Positions 14,098-28,298 of a DNA stretch of 64,000 bases are shown in pieces. A program made the position numbers and the translations under genes. Position 1 is the stretch's first letter; the number at the start of each line of letters is the position of its first letter. The notes beneath the pieces are model-generated. The model saw nothing but the letters and a program-made list of their open reading frames with translations. It made no database searches and was not told where the DNA came from. Source of the stretch: Eledone cirrhosa (Eukaryota); assembly GCA_964016885.1 (NCBI GenBank), contig OZ024741.1, positions 193,812,001 through 193,876,000 on the forward strand, written 5' to 3'.

Positions 14098-14897
14098 TAG
14101 GGCGGGAAAATTCCCGAGATCCATGGACGAGTTCTCTCCAGCGGTCTCTGTCCCGCATTATCGCTGCCATGTCCTGCGTCCCCAACAGACCAGTGTCTGT
14201 CCTTAGGGCATCAACATACGTTAACCTTGGTCTTCCTCTTCCAGTGTGTCCATGTAGGGGCTCCTACAGGGGCACTGAGTGCAATGTCAACTCTGGATGT
14301 CGGTGAGCATGTCCAGCCAACCTCAGTCTCCTCTGTGTCACTTTTGAGCTGACTTTTGGGAGGCTCCCATACAGCTCTGAGTTTTTCATCCTCAGTGTAT
14401 ACTGATTAATGTTCAGAGCCATCCTCAGCATTCTTGTGTAGCACCCATCCACCATCTGAGTGAGTTTCTTGGTTAGTGTCCAAGTCTCAGACCCGTATAG
14501 CAGCACAGACTCCACTACAGCAATGAATGGGCGGATTTTCAGGTCTTTACGAAGGTCCGACTCAAGCTGTGGCACGCCGCCCAGGCTTTGCTCTTCCTCT
14601 CAACCACATCATCTACCGATTTCCCAATCTTTGCTCCCAAATACAGGAAGTCCTCAACCAATTCTAGCGGCTTCCCGCCTACATTAGTGATCCCCTCTGG
14701 CTTCTCAACATTCTCTACCAGATATTTTGTTTTAGTCTCATTCATTCTCAGCCCCACACTCATCGACACAGTCTCAACCTCCACCATCAAATGCTCTGCC
14801 TCCTTCACTGTATTTGTCACCAAAATTATGTCGTCGGCAAATAAAGCATCTGATACCTTTTTCGCCTTAACTCTCCTGCTCTGAGCCGGTGCTACAG
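14098..14897 (-). mobile_element. RTE-clade LINE 3' fragment (RT C-terminal half)
   Basis: [49 protein letters not shown]; frameshifted; inserted in (TA)n. Confidence 0.9.
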
Positions 14898-14900
14898 TAA

Positions 14901-14976
<76 letters not shown>

Positions 14977-14983
14977 ATATATA

Positions 14984-15049
<66 letters not shown>

Positions 15050-15062
15050 AATATATATATAT

Positions 15063-15162
15063 ATAACAAAGGAATTGTGGTAAGGAACCAGATGGAGCAT
15101 AATGCACCAGAGTACTCAATACTTAGAGTAGTAGAGTGGGAAATAGGAAAAAGTATAACCCC
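15063..15162 (-). repeat. Fragment of a dispersed repeat (Penelope-pLTR-like) shared with 25231-25398 and 49585-49745
   Basis: ataacaaaggaattgtggtaaggaaccagatgga...gagtgggaaataggaaaaagtat occurs three times in the window, always beside TA/GA microsatellites. Confidence 0.7.
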
Positions 15163-16372
15163 GTATCTCAAATTAACAATGAAAATAAAAACAACAAAGT
15201 CAAGTTACTTTATAACTTTTGTTGTTTTTATTTTCTTTGTTAATTTAATACCTAATATCTGACTGTATCTAAAGAATTACCTCAGCCAAACACAGAACTT
15301 TACTATTGTTTTCAATGGATTACATTGAGTTCTATCTACATACATACATATATACATACATACATTTACGTATGCGTATAACTATACATTTATATATTTG
15401 TATATATGCATGCATTTATATTTAAGTGTGTATATGTGACATGATTTATGCTTTTTTGGTAAGGAGAGAATTTTGTCTCCAGATTTTATTATTTGGGGAG
15501 TTTTTCAACCTCATCAAACACCAACGCCGGCCTGTGTGTTTATATATGTGTATGTATGTATGTATGTATGTATGTATGTATGTATGTATGTATGTATGTA
15601 TGTATGTATGCATGTATGTATGTATGTATACATACAGATATACACATATATACACATGTATATATACACATGTATGTATGTATGTACGTATGCATTGTGT
15701 GTATGTTCGTATGTATGTATAAGTATATACCCACACCTTTCATCAGCATTGCTTCTTTTTCTTGTCATTTCTGTTGAAGTTGTTCTTGTGATAGTTGACG
15801 TTGCCCTTATTTTCATTTTTTTTTATTTCTTTCGTGTTTCTTTTATCTCCCTAGGGAATTCGTTGACAAGCTTCTTTTATTTATTTTCTTTGCTTTCTTC
15901 ATTCAAATACATTCACACTGGATGTCTCAGAGACGTACAAATATGGCTTATGAAATTTATCAAAGTAAAGAGCCTTCCAGCGCCCCCTTAGCTCCCCCAA
16001 CGCTTCAAACGCCCCCTAACGACTCCTTGCTCCAAAACACCCACCTGGAGCTCCGAAGCGCCCCCCCGGGGGAGGGGGGGCACATGCCCCCCGTTCAGAA
16101 CCTTTGTCCTAGAAAAATGCCCTGACAAAGGCTGGGGATTCTTCAGTCCCAGGGTTTTAACCGCGCATATATACACATATGTATACATTTATATACATAT
16201 ATACATATATACATATGTATATACATATTTACATATTTTTGGATGGTCGTTGACTCATGAGTTCTTCCGCCCTTTGTCAGGTTTTTTGTCCCGCAGGGTG
16301 TTCAAAATCACCCTCCTCATCATACATACATACATACATACATACATACATACATACATACATACATACATA

Positions 16373-16985
16373 CATAGTGGCTGCCAACTCGTTTTCGAGT
16401 ACGGCCACTACTTTATATCCATGTAGGAGAACCCCTACCGATGCGCTGAACAAGTGTGACATTTTAGTCCAGCCAGCGACTTGAAAACTCTGGTACAAAC
16501 ACTACACTTGTGACAATTATTGACACATAGTGCTGGGCCCATGGTACCATGTGATGACAAGTGCAGAGAGATCTCCAGATATAAAGCAATGCCTGTGCCG
16601 TGAAGCTTTTATAGTGAGCAAAGACATTGCACAAAGCCAGTCCCACTCTCTTAACCAAGATGATATTTACCAAAAAGAAGAACAAGTCAACATCATTGGA
16701 TACCATCAGGGTTGCAGGTGTTATATCAGAGTTTTCCTTCTCCTAGAATTCTGCCTTGACAAAGGCTAAGGGGTCATCTCTCCCGGTGATTTTGGATGGG
16801 CATTGACTCTTAAGAGCTCCCTTGCCCTTTGACAGGTTTTGTTTTTAGTCCTGCAGGATGTCCAAAGTCCCCCTCCGCACCAAGAAACCTTGGTGGGGTT
16901 GCCAGTTTAGTCGCAAACTACCCGACCATGGGACAGGTTGTACTGGGATACATGTTACCAGTAGCACCAACTGGTGACCTGACAA
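16373..16985 (-). mobile_element. Non-autonomous RTE-5'UTR-like element in (TACA)n
   Basis: 16375-16832 is near-identical to 60088-60546; ctaggagaaggaaaactctga motif; (TACA)n on both sides. Confidence 0.75.
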
Positions 16986-17065
16986 CATACATACATACAT
17001 ACATACATACATACATACATACATACATACATACATACATACATACATACATACATACATACATA

Positions 17066-19290
17066 CAGATTGCTACATCTTCTCAGAAGAATGCCATCCC
17101 TTCATTGAACATTTCACAATCATGTGCACGCAGGTAACTTTTCAGGCCCGCTTTTGTTTTGCAGATACGTCCACAGATGTGACACTTGAATTGTCTATCT
17201 CCTGGTAAAACCAGTTGGGGTGTGCCATTAAGCATTTTACCATGTCTGGTCGGTCCACCCGCTGACTTGCAAATTAAGCCAGAATCACTACAAATGTACC
17301 GTGGAGTGTGTGGCGGTAGAACCATCTCAGAGTTGGCTCGATTTCTCTCTGGCTTCAGATGGTGGACAAAACCAGCTCTTCTTAGAAGAAATCGGCCACA
17401 TACATTGCACTTCAATTCCTGCTGAATTTTTGCAGGCACTGCGCTTGAGTCCCATTTACGATGTGAACACTTCACAACCACATGCTCTACTCACTTTTTC
17501 TCAAAGACATCACATCCATATTTGATGATCTTTCTCCATGATGTACAGCCTTCAGCCAGCCTCTCCCAGTTCTCCATATCAATCTTCAGAGCTTTAATAT
17601 TGTCTTTTATGACATCCTTTAACCGCTTCTTTGGTTTATGCTGTGGCCTGTTTCCCCTGGTCAGACCCCCATAAAATAACTGTTTAGGCAGCCTTCCATC
17701 TTCTATCCTGACCGCATCTGGTTCATAACGATCAATAAGACCTCGGATAAGACGATTCTTAGCGATTCGAGCAGACTTATACCACGATAATCACCGCATT
17801 CCGACTTGGAGCCCTTACTCTTGTAAATCGAGAGCAAAATTGCATCTACCCAGTCTTGTGGAACAGGCTCACCACTTCATACAAATAAGACTAGCCAATG
17901 AATGGCCATAGCAATATTGTCTCCTCCAAAGCGAATCAGCTCAACAGGTATTCCATCCAAACCTAGAGCTCTCCCTGTGTTTATCTCTTTCATAGTTGAT
18001 CTTATCTCATCAATAGTTGGATCATTCATCTCTGTCACAGTCTCCCTTTGTGGCAGTCCATTAATAATTTCCTCATCAACTACAGATAGGTTATCAAACA
18101 GAACTTGAAAGTGTTCAGTCTACCGACTCATGTTACCTGCTGGATCTTTGATGAGGACGTTCCTATCATTTGACTTTAATAGTGTCACTTTTGAGGTGTG
18201 TGGACCCCAAACTTGCCTTATTATGCTGTATGATGCCTTCAAGTTTCTGCAGTTATAAGCCCTCTGCATTTCTGCTGAAATTAAAGACCACCAGTTGTTC
18301 TTTATCTTTCGTGTTTTAGTTTACAATTTTGATTGAGCCCTCTGCAGCAAGGCACTCTTCATACAGTTTATTCTTTTCTTCAATGAGCATGGTGACTGCA
18401 GCATCATTATCATAAAACCAGTCTCAGTGTTTTGTCGTCTTAAGACCAAGTACATCAGCCCCAACACTGTAAGCCCGTGTTTCAAATTGTTCCCAAGTTT
18501 CATCAAAGACAACATTGTCAAGTGCATTTTGAAAAGCATCTCATATTTCTACACGTTGCAGTTTTGATACATTTATACCTTTTGGCACTTGTACCACTGC
18601 TGCCCTCAATTTTCCGCTGACCTGCACCTTCATTTTGCCACGCACAAGTTTGTGGTCTGTACCACATTCTGATACAGAGCAGATATCCGGGAGGTCTCTC
18701 TTCCTGGTAATGATATAATCCAAGATGTGTCCATGTTTCGATTTTGGATGTATCCATGTTGCTTTGTGGATCTCCTTTTCCATACAACCAGCTGAAACTC
18801 AGTGCATAATTGCAAAAGGAGAAGACAATTGGCATTCAGTTTGCCCATGCCATGACGTCCTAAAACACTCCAGATGTAGTCGTCTTTTGCCACACGTGCA
18901 TTAAAATCTCCAAGAAGCAAGATCTTATCCGAATGTGGAATTGATGTTATACACCTTTGTAAATCTTGGTAAAAAGCCATAATTGATTCCTGCAGGGTAG
19001 GTGCATATACTGAGATGACAATCATGAAACGTCTCCTTGAGAGAGGAACTCTTAGATGCATAATTCGATCCCTTATGCCTTGTGGTTGCTCCAGCCGTTT
19101 TGTGATCTCTGTTCGGACAGCGAAACATATTCCTCCATTCTTTTTCTCCCCATTTGGTTTCCCTTTCTGGAAGAACGTATAGCTAGCACCTCTCTCTGAT
19201 GGATGACCTTCCCCACTAAGACGGGTTTCAGAGAGTGCAGCTATATGAATATTATACCTGCTCAGTTCTCTGCCAACAATAGCAGCTAAG
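17066..19290 (-). mobile_element. Decayed RTE-clade LINE (APE endonuclease, partial RT, C-terminal C2H2 fingers)
   Basis: IAALSETRL, VISVYAPT, LLGDFNARV, TWIHPKSKHGHILDYII, TDH; C-terminal CNVCGRF, CSDSGLIC and CHICGRICKTKAGLKSYLRAH; many frameshifts and deletions. Confidence 0.9.
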
Positions 19291-19607
19291 ATTCATAGGA
19301 AATACATTGGGTAGAGTGAGGATCTGAACTAGATATTGTAGAAAGAGAAGTCTTCAGCTAAACGTCAGAATTTTTTCATTTTATTGACAAGCTTCAAATA
19401 TTCTTACTTACATTTACATCTGCTGAGTTATGGTTAATATATATTATATAATTACTAACGTTATAAGTTATTTAAACCCTATTTTTCAATAACATCAATC
19501 TTAAGTCTTCCTCGTTATGAAAAAAAATATCATAATGAAACAACGGTATGAAGGTATATAAATCCCATAATATATATATATATATATATAAAATGTGGAA
19601 ATCCCAC

Positions 19608-19661
<54 letters not shown>

Positions 19662-19671
19662 GAAATCCCAC

Positions 19672-19715
<44 letters not shown>

Positions 19716-21026
19716 CTAACTGAATGACCCGGCATTGTGCGGGTTACTGTGTTTTTATTCAGATTAATAAGCAATAAATATGAAGATATATATTTTTTCT
19801 CATAATTATTTCAAAGTATCTATATTTTATAAAAAAAAGAATATCAAAATTGTAATGATAATAGAATTTAGAAATGAAAATTTGTCAATCTTGAAACACC
19901 TCAGGGTAAACAATATTCATTGTGTAATTTTTTGTTGGTGTCCAAATGAATAAATTGTTGCTGTTTCCAACTCGTGAGCAACCGACATAGAGTTGACTCC
20001 GGGAGAAACATGTAGTAGAGAGATCAAGTCCAACTACCTTGAAGGATTGACCCTGAGAATTGTTAATTGAAATAACAAAACTTAGTTTGACTGGAAACTG
20101 AAACCTCTTAAATTCAAATGGAACAGCTATAGATATGAGAGGAATTTTTAGAATAAAGACATTTTTTTTTTCAATATTGTAAACAAATAAGTATCAATAT
20201 TTAAAATAAATATATATTAATCTCTATTTTTGTATGCAGTGTAAATTAACCAAATATAAGCACATGTACCAAATGCTAATTTAACGGTATGAGAATATAA
20301 ATATAAACGAACAGACACGCATACACTCACACAAACATATACTTATAAAAAACACACACAGACATACATTCATACAAACACACACATAGTTTCACCCACG
20401 AACAGACACACATACACTCACACAAACTTATAAAAAACACATAGAGACATACATTCATACAAACACACATAGAGTTTCACTCACGAACAGACACACATAC
20501 ACTCACACAAACTATAAAAACATTCACAGACATACATTCATACAAAAACACACACAGAGTTTCACCCCACCCTCACCCCAGCGTTTCGATACATCAGTCG
20601 TCACAGAAATGTATGTATACTCACACACACATACACTCAAGCACATATGTATGTGTAGATGTGTGTGTTTAATTATCTGTGTATCTGATTAAATATTTAC
20701 GTGAAGATGTGTGTATGTAACTTACTAAGGCCTAACGTACGTAACGAACGTGCAAACACACACACACTCATATACAAAATGTGACGTCAGCGTCGTCGTC
20801 GTTGTTGTCGTGTTATAAAATGTCCGTTTACTTATAGTTGACTATAGTAGATTATTTTAGATAAAATGTTATATTGTTTTAATCCAAATGAAAATAAAAA
20901 TTACATGTTGTTAATCCCGGGGTCTAATACTATTACCTCGTAAAATTTGATTTGATTTGATTTGGTCGAGCCGTTTGAGAATTCATAAGGAAAAGACAGA
21001 GAGACAAAGAATTTTAAATATATAGA
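19716..21026 (-). mobile_element. Helitron derivative carrying a PIF1-helicase C-terminal fragment
   Basis: The minus strand at about 19890-20150 encodes PFEFKRFQFPVKLSFVISINNSQGQSFKVVGLDL...FSRSQLYVGCSRV. 3' hairpin cccgcacaatgccggg plus TTAG|T; 5' TC start. Confidence 0.85.
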
Positions 21027-21507
21027 CAATCATTGGTGAAGTCATGCTGTTATGTTAAGCATTACCGCCAACCCCAGCCATTCAGCCACTGCTGCTGTCA
21101 TTTGCTGATCGACTAGTAGTTAATGCGACACATGGGATACCGGCACCGACTGGAAAATTTAATAGTAAGATCGATTTTGGGAAATCCCTCAAATCGGAAA
21201 GCCGATGAAAATTCCCTTGTTCAGAATTTGCTGGTTATGGATTTATTATTAATCGATGACCAGTGGTTTCTCCACGGAATTTGAAACAATATTATACCAG
21301 CTTAAACGTGGATTTTTGTACTTTCAACGGATATTTGTGTGCTAAACTAGGAGGATATTGGTTGTTTCAATTGATGAAATTGTTATTTCTTTACTGTTTT
21401 CATATGTTAATCCTTCGATACAATAATTACACTGTTTTCATAGCTTAGGATTCCGGCTGGGAATGTTGTATTACAATTAATCCTATACGTGTGCTCCAAA
21501 GCACCTA

Positions 21508-21682
21508 TTGGTTTTCACTTCAATTTATTATCAAATTCCAATTGGTTAGTTTATTAACTGGATGATTGTTTATTTGTTTATTGTCAGTGATGAAAGAGCT
21601 TTGACAATAAACAAATAAATAACCATCTGGTTATGAAACTAACCAACTAGAAATTTATAATAAATTAAAGTGAAAACCAATC
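21508..21682. repeat. Imperfect palindrome (MITE-like), ~80 bp arms
   Basis: ttggttttcact...tttgtttattgtca [15 nt loop] tgacaataaacaaa...agtgaaaaccaa. Confidence 0.8.
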
Positions 21683-22021
21683 GGTACGTGTTTTTTTTAT
21701 TGGCAGCATGACCCTCCCAAAGTATAACAATATCTGTTTCAACACACGTTTTCAGATAAGAAATCTTACAAACCAAATACAAAAATGATATATATATATA
21801 TAAAAAAAGAAAGGGAAAATGAGATGTCCTACACGGGTGAAAGTATAAGGGAAAGAAATTGAAAATGCAGCTGGAGCCTTTTAAGAATATTTATTTATTT
21901 ACTTTACCGGTTTCACAGTTCTTATGCTTTTCATTGACTCGCAGATGCGAGACAAACCACAACAGAAACACAAAGCCTCCATCTCAATTTTACTTTTGAA
22001 GTTGCATCTGCAATTCCTTTC

Positions 22022-22078
<57 letters not shown>

Positions 22079-22081
<3 letters not shown>

Positions 22082-22790
22082 TAGGTACCATTCGTCCATG
22101 CATACCAGTTTCCCCTTTGCACGCCACCGATGCTGATGTGGTTAGCTTTGTTTCTGTCCACTTTCCCCCTCTCTCTTTCTCTGCTTTTCCAGCTTCTCTT
22201 GCTTAAATATCTTACGTGATACTTTTTCCACCTGTGTACCAAAAATCTTTCTACCCAGCACAAGCAGTCTAATCACCTTTCTTTTTGCACCTACAACAAG
22301 GCACTGCTCTGGAATAGCCTTGTACTCTTCGTTGATTATCAGTGCGTTCAGCTCCATATAGATTCCGCCCGACCACATATTTTTTGCCATCTTTGTACAA
22401 ACTGTTTGTTCGTACTGTGCCGCAAAGGTGACGAGGAGCCAATGGTCAATGCTACTACCAATGTCTCTGGTTGTAACCATTGTATTCCGTTGACGCATAT
22501 ATTGCGGTACCAGCATGTGGATAGATGTAAGTGCACTAACTCGGCCTGTCTTCCTCAATCATCATTGATATTGAAAGCCAGGTAAGCATTCCCACATACT
22601 TAGCTCAGATTGATGGGAACTATATTGTCCCACACTTCGCTAAGGCTTCATCTAATAGTTCTTTGGAGATGTATAAAGGCTCCCCACTTTTTGGCATGGT
22701 AGAGGCATATTACCTTCTTCTTTGTCCGTTTCTGTGTGTATTCCTTGGGCAAGAAGACGCTATCTTTCTTAACATACCATTTTCGTTTTT
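22079..22790 (-). mobile_element. Possible decayed LINE ORF1 (gag-like) fragment
   Basis: Frame-broken PLYISKELLDEALAKCGTI (RRM-like) and CCRCKKKGD*TAC (knuckle-like). Confidence 0.3.
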
Positions 22791-22929
22791 TGTTTTTCCT
22801 TGAACCAATCCATGCCCTCAAATTTTTTGTGGCTCACCACGCTGAAACCCCTGTTAGGTACTTCAATTATCCTTAGGTATTCAGCTCTTTGAACCAGGAG
22901 GACTGAATGCCTTATAGAATTATATTGGC

Positions 22930-23096
22930 CGTATCGGTAGAGGGTCGGACGCCATGCTTTCCAGCATAGTTACGTCCCTTTACGATCTGAGTTCAAATCC
23001 GGCCGAGGTTAACTTTGCCTTTCATCCTTACGGGGTCGATAAAATAAAGTACCAGTAATGCACTGGATAATTGCTGGCCTTGTGCCTAAACAATTA
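22930..23096 (+). mobile_element. SINE family A, short variant
   Basis: Near-identical to 4932-5099. Confidence 0.88.
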
Positions 23097-23784
23097 TGTA
23101 TACATAACATGTATACAATGTATACTTGCTACACATTTTCTCATTTCCATGTAATCCCTCACCACTTTAATGTTGTAGTCGAAGTTGGAATGTTTGCTTG
23201 TTTAATTTTGGGGGTGTGGGGGTGTGGTGGGGGCATGTTGCTATCGCCACCTTAATGGATGCCATAATTACAAATATATATATATTTTTTTATGTCTGAC
23301 GGCATATATTCATTTTCTCCTCGCAAACAGTGAAAAAAAAAACGCCAGAAAATAGACTTCATCACTGTATGAATCGGTTCCACACAAACATAATATACCC
23401 ACCACCACCATCATCACCACCACTGCCACCCCCACCATTACTATCACCACACACATACACACACTTAAAAGCTAATTTGTAAAGTAATCCGATATTCTTC
23501 TGAAATGTATGAGCTCATAAAAGAGACGTCCACAGTTCAAAAGGCAACAATAAAAAGAATGATTTCTTCCAGTCACAAAACCATAAATTTCTGATGGTAA
23601 GGCAAAAGCAATTATATTGACTGTTCCTGCACTTGACTGCTACTTTATTTAATCGACTCCGAAAAGATGAAATGCAAAGGTAACCTCGGTAGGATTTGAA
23701 CATAGAACACAAAATGTGGTAACTACATAACGCAAGATGTTTCGTCCGATATTGTGACCATTCTGCTAAGTAATAAGAGACTTC

Positions 23785-24402
23785 AGGATTGTTTTCAAAA
23801 TAAATAGTAAACAAACGAATTCATTTTGTTTTTTTACGCATGCGGTAAAGAGTAGGTAGGCGACAAATTGGTCGTCATTAGAACGTCGGATAGAATGCTT
23901 TGCCGTGTTCGATCCGGCTCTCTGCGCTCTCTGACTTCAAATCACACCGAGGTCAAAGTTGCCTTTTATCATTTGGAGGTCGATAAAAAAAGTACCAATC
24001 CAGCACTGGAGACGATTCTTCCTCTATATATATTTCTCATTTCCCTCCTTCCCTGGAAGAAATCAACTGTGTTCATATCTGGAGAAGAATGTGATCCGCA
24101 AGGTTTAAAATTCCCAAGACACACCTTATGTCACTACGGGGCCCCTTCGAAATTAGAGTTTAGGAGTACAGTCTGGGGTTAGGGTTGGTGTTTGGGTTTA
24201 GAATTAAGGTTTATGTTAGGGCTGGAGTTAGGATTGGATTGAAAATGATGGGTTAAGTTTCAGGTTTATGGCTTAATGGTCTCAGCTGGAAAGCTGTAGT
24301 TGTGTTGAAACATCCTTGCCATTGCGAACGACTCTTAGTTTTAGTGCATGCGCAAAAACCAAAACGAATAAGACTGCCTGATATTTGTTTTGAAATTTTT
24401 CT
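23785..24402. mobile_element. MITE-like element with degenerate TIRs, internal TTAGGG-like repeats and a nested SINE (23850-24010)
   Basis: attcattttgtttttttacgcatgc versus gcatgcgcaaaaaccaaaacgaat; ggtttagggtt-like tract at 24175-24270. Confidence 0.5.
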
Positions 24403-25179
24403 GTTTCAGATTGTAATGTTTGGGATATTTATTAGCAATTTCTATTGAAGGAAAAGATAAGTTAATTCTGGCAAGACACAAACCCAAATCGGTAATTTTA
24501 TAGAATGTTAATACTGATGATTTTCGTAAGCAATTGATAAATGAGGAAATACTTCACGTCATAACTATTGTCATTAGCAACAGACAAAAGAAATGTAGAT
24601 GTTAGTGTTACTCCTCTCATATTGTCTATGGGGAACTTCTGTAAAGAAATAAGTATCTTAGTATTTAAGTGGGTTTCTTCGAAACATTCAGCCCTCTAAA
24701 GGATCGATAATTAATACTAGTAAAATACTTAGGACAATCAAATTGACTGTTCCTTTCTTCACACACACACACAAAAAAAAAAAACTGGTGGCTCTGTGCC
24801 TAAATTAGAGATTACTATCTAGTCAGGCCTCTAGACGCTCCAAGTTCAAATCTCATCGAGGCTCAACTTTGCCATCCATCGTCAATGGGAATAAAATAGG
24901 TACCAGTAATATTCTGGCTCGGTTTCAATGACAATACCACTCCTCTCTTATTAAAAGGCCACCATCCACCGAAATTTGTGACCCTGTGCCAAAATTAGAA
25001 ATATTTATAAAAAGAAAAGAATGCTATCACACATTACCATAAACACAATAGACCCATGGTTATCAATACACCAAGTAACATATTATATGTTAAAACTGCG
25101 TCCGCGCGAGTGTGTGTGTGTGTGCGAGAATGTATGCATACACGCATTTATCTGTGTACACAAACACACACACACACGT

Positions 25180-25230
<51 letters not shown>

Positions 25231-25235
<5 letters not shown>

Positions 25236-25318
25236 AAAAAGTATGACCCCGACGGCAGAGCTCAAGCCGTTTCGAAACGGCTTGAGCTCTGCCGTCGGGG
25301 GGTCATACTTTTTCCTAT
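25231..25318. repeat. Near-perfect 88 bp palindrome with no spacer
   Basis: ataggaaaaagtatgaccccgacggcagagctcaagccgtttc|gaaacggcttgagctctgccgtcgggg(gg)tcatactttttcctat. Confidence 0.95.
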
Positions 25319-25599
25319 TTCCCACTCTATTACCCTAAATATTGAGTACTCTGGTGTGTTGTGGTCCATCTGGTTCCTTACCACAATTCCTTTGTTATAT
25401 ATATATATACATATATATATATACACACACATTCACATGCACATATATGATACGCACAAACATTTATATAAACACATTTAATATATATATATATAAATAT
25501 TCACACGCACATATATGTGTGATGTGTGTGGATATACTTACAGACATTTATACACATACACACACAAACACATACATACATTCATACACACACACACAC

Positions 25600-25634
<35 letters not shown>

Positions 25635-25841
25635 GGAAAGTTATATTTAAATTGTTGGGTTACAACTAGTAAATATTTATAACTGATATAAAAGCACTCA
25701 ACAAGTATTTGGAGTATATTTACGATATTAAATAAATGGAAACTATAAATGGAAACTATGACTGCCAAATCAACTTTCTCAAATACAAGTCGATGTTGAA
25801 CGGTATGTCAAATCTATTTATCTATAAAACTGTCTATATTG

Positions 25842-25907
25842 TATTTTGTCTGAGGAAGGCATAACATATTGTTAATATGATATCCCTGAAATATATATAA
25901 TGAAATA
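25842..25907 (+). ncRNA. Type I hammerhead ribozyme, intact core, inside a ~300 bp element with 27 bp inverted repeats
   Basis: tattttgt CTGAGGA agg.ata.catatt-gtt-aatatg.tat.cct GAAA tatata TA atgaaata. Inverted repeat tacgatattaaataaatggaaactata (about 25721-25747 / 25924-25950). Confidence 0.75.
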
Positions 25908-25947
25908 AATATGGTTTTAGAAATATAGTTTCCATTTATTTAATATC

Positions 25948-26023
<76 letters not shown>

Positions 26024-26283
26024 ATCAAGACGTGTGTGCATCATTATACATGCATGTTGTTGCTCCAACATGGCCACTGTCCAAATACTGGCACTAGTAA
26101 AAGCGTAAAGAAGCCGCTAACATTGAACACAAAAATATTACTGCTAATCAGCAACAGGAAAAAGAGTATACAGTTTGTTGAAATGACGGTGTGTAGAAAA
26201 TAAAGAGATCATACCTGAATATTCCGTTGTTGAAGATAGTAAAAAGCTGGCTGTGGAGTAGTGTCAAGTCGGAATTGAAAATC

Positions 26284-26709
<426 letters not shown>

Positions 26710-26913
26710 CTATTCTGTTATATATGTATCCCTCTTTGTCTTTCTCTTTCGCTTTCCCGATATTTCTCTCTATATCACTACCTAGATGTATCTCTCTCTT
26801 TCTATCACACGCCTCTCTATGCTTCTGTTTATTCTGCTTCTTATATGCAGTCAATTTATCTATTTTTTTCTCCTATTTTCTTCTTTTTTAGTATCTCTTG
26901 CATGAAAGCAGAA

Positions 26914-26922
26914 ACCGGAAGT
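26914..26922. promoter_or_regulatory. ETS/GABP consensus site, candidate core-promoter element of the INAFM2-like gene
   Basis: ACCGGAAGT about 340 bp upstream of the ATG, at a sharp compositional boundary. Confidence 0.25.
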
Positions 26923-27458
26923 AGTATGGTTGGTACTACTGTTGCTAGTATGTAGCTTTGTGAGTGATGCAGCTTCTATATAGTTGTGTTCGTATAGGTG
27001 TTTGTATATAGATGCATTAGTGTTAATGGTAGTGTTAGTACTAGTATGTAGTTGTATTAGTGATATTGATGGGATGTATGTAGTTGTGTTGGGGTGGTGC
27101 TAGTATGTTGCTGTGTTATTATCCAGATGTGATAGTGTTGGTGGTAGTATGCTGGTGTGTTGGTGTAGGTGATAGTATGTAGGTGTGTTAGAGTTGGTGG
27201 TAGTATATTGGTGGTAGCATGTAGGTGTGTGTGTGCAAGTGGGAGTATGTTGAAGTGATGGTGGTAGTATGTTGCAGTGTTGGTGTTAGTGTTGGTGCTA
27301 GTGTTTGTAGTGGTGTTGGTTTTGGTGGTAGTATGTTGTAGCGTTGGTGTTGGTGTTCGAGTTAATATATACCAGAGATAGTGTTGATATAATATACTTC
27401 AGTCAATAAACAGGATACAGCCATAGATATAACAAAATATATATACACAACTTGCGTA

Positions 27459-27531
<73 letters not shown>

Positions 27532-27714
27532 TCTCCCTCTCTCCCCTCTCACTCTCTTTCACTCTATCTCTCTCTCTCTCTATATATATATATACATATT
27601 TATATATATGTATATATATTTATATATATATATATATGTGTATGTGTGTGAGTGTGAGTGCATATGTGTGAGTGTGCATGTGTGTCTGCGTGTGTGAGCG
27701 TGCATGAATGGGAG

Positions 27715-27792
<78 letters not shown>

Positions 27793-27966
27793 CCTCCCTC
27801 CCTCCGTTGTTGTTGATGATGTTTATCAACTTCAAAGCTATGCTAGTACATCCTCTTGAGACATGATCCAGGACCAGGATCTAAACAATGCACAACAATG
27901 ACTTGACTGCCTGTATGTACACATAGATACACACATACATGCACACACACACATACACACACACAC

Positions 27967-28004
<38 letters not shown>

Positions 28005-28233
28005 GTGTATATATATATATGTATGTATGTATACACTTGCGTGTGTGCTACTGTCCTGCACACTCAACAAATAGCTACAAAGAACCTTGTATACGTAAAT
28101 TGCCTGCGTATGATATATTTCTGTATATTTACACACACTCACACACACACACACACACACACACTCACTCTTGTATATACACTCACAGGTATCCACACAC
28201 ATGCATATATACTGATGTATTTGTGTATGTGTC

Positions 28234-28298
<65 letters not shown>

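Noticed and set aside
16880-16985. HDV-like ribozyme at the 5' end of the RTE-UTR-like element
   Set aside because: P2- and P3-like pairings and a CTAA are visible, but I could not find P1/P1.1.
24170-24275. Interstitial telomere
   Set aside because: Highly degenerate and inside a MITE-like element.
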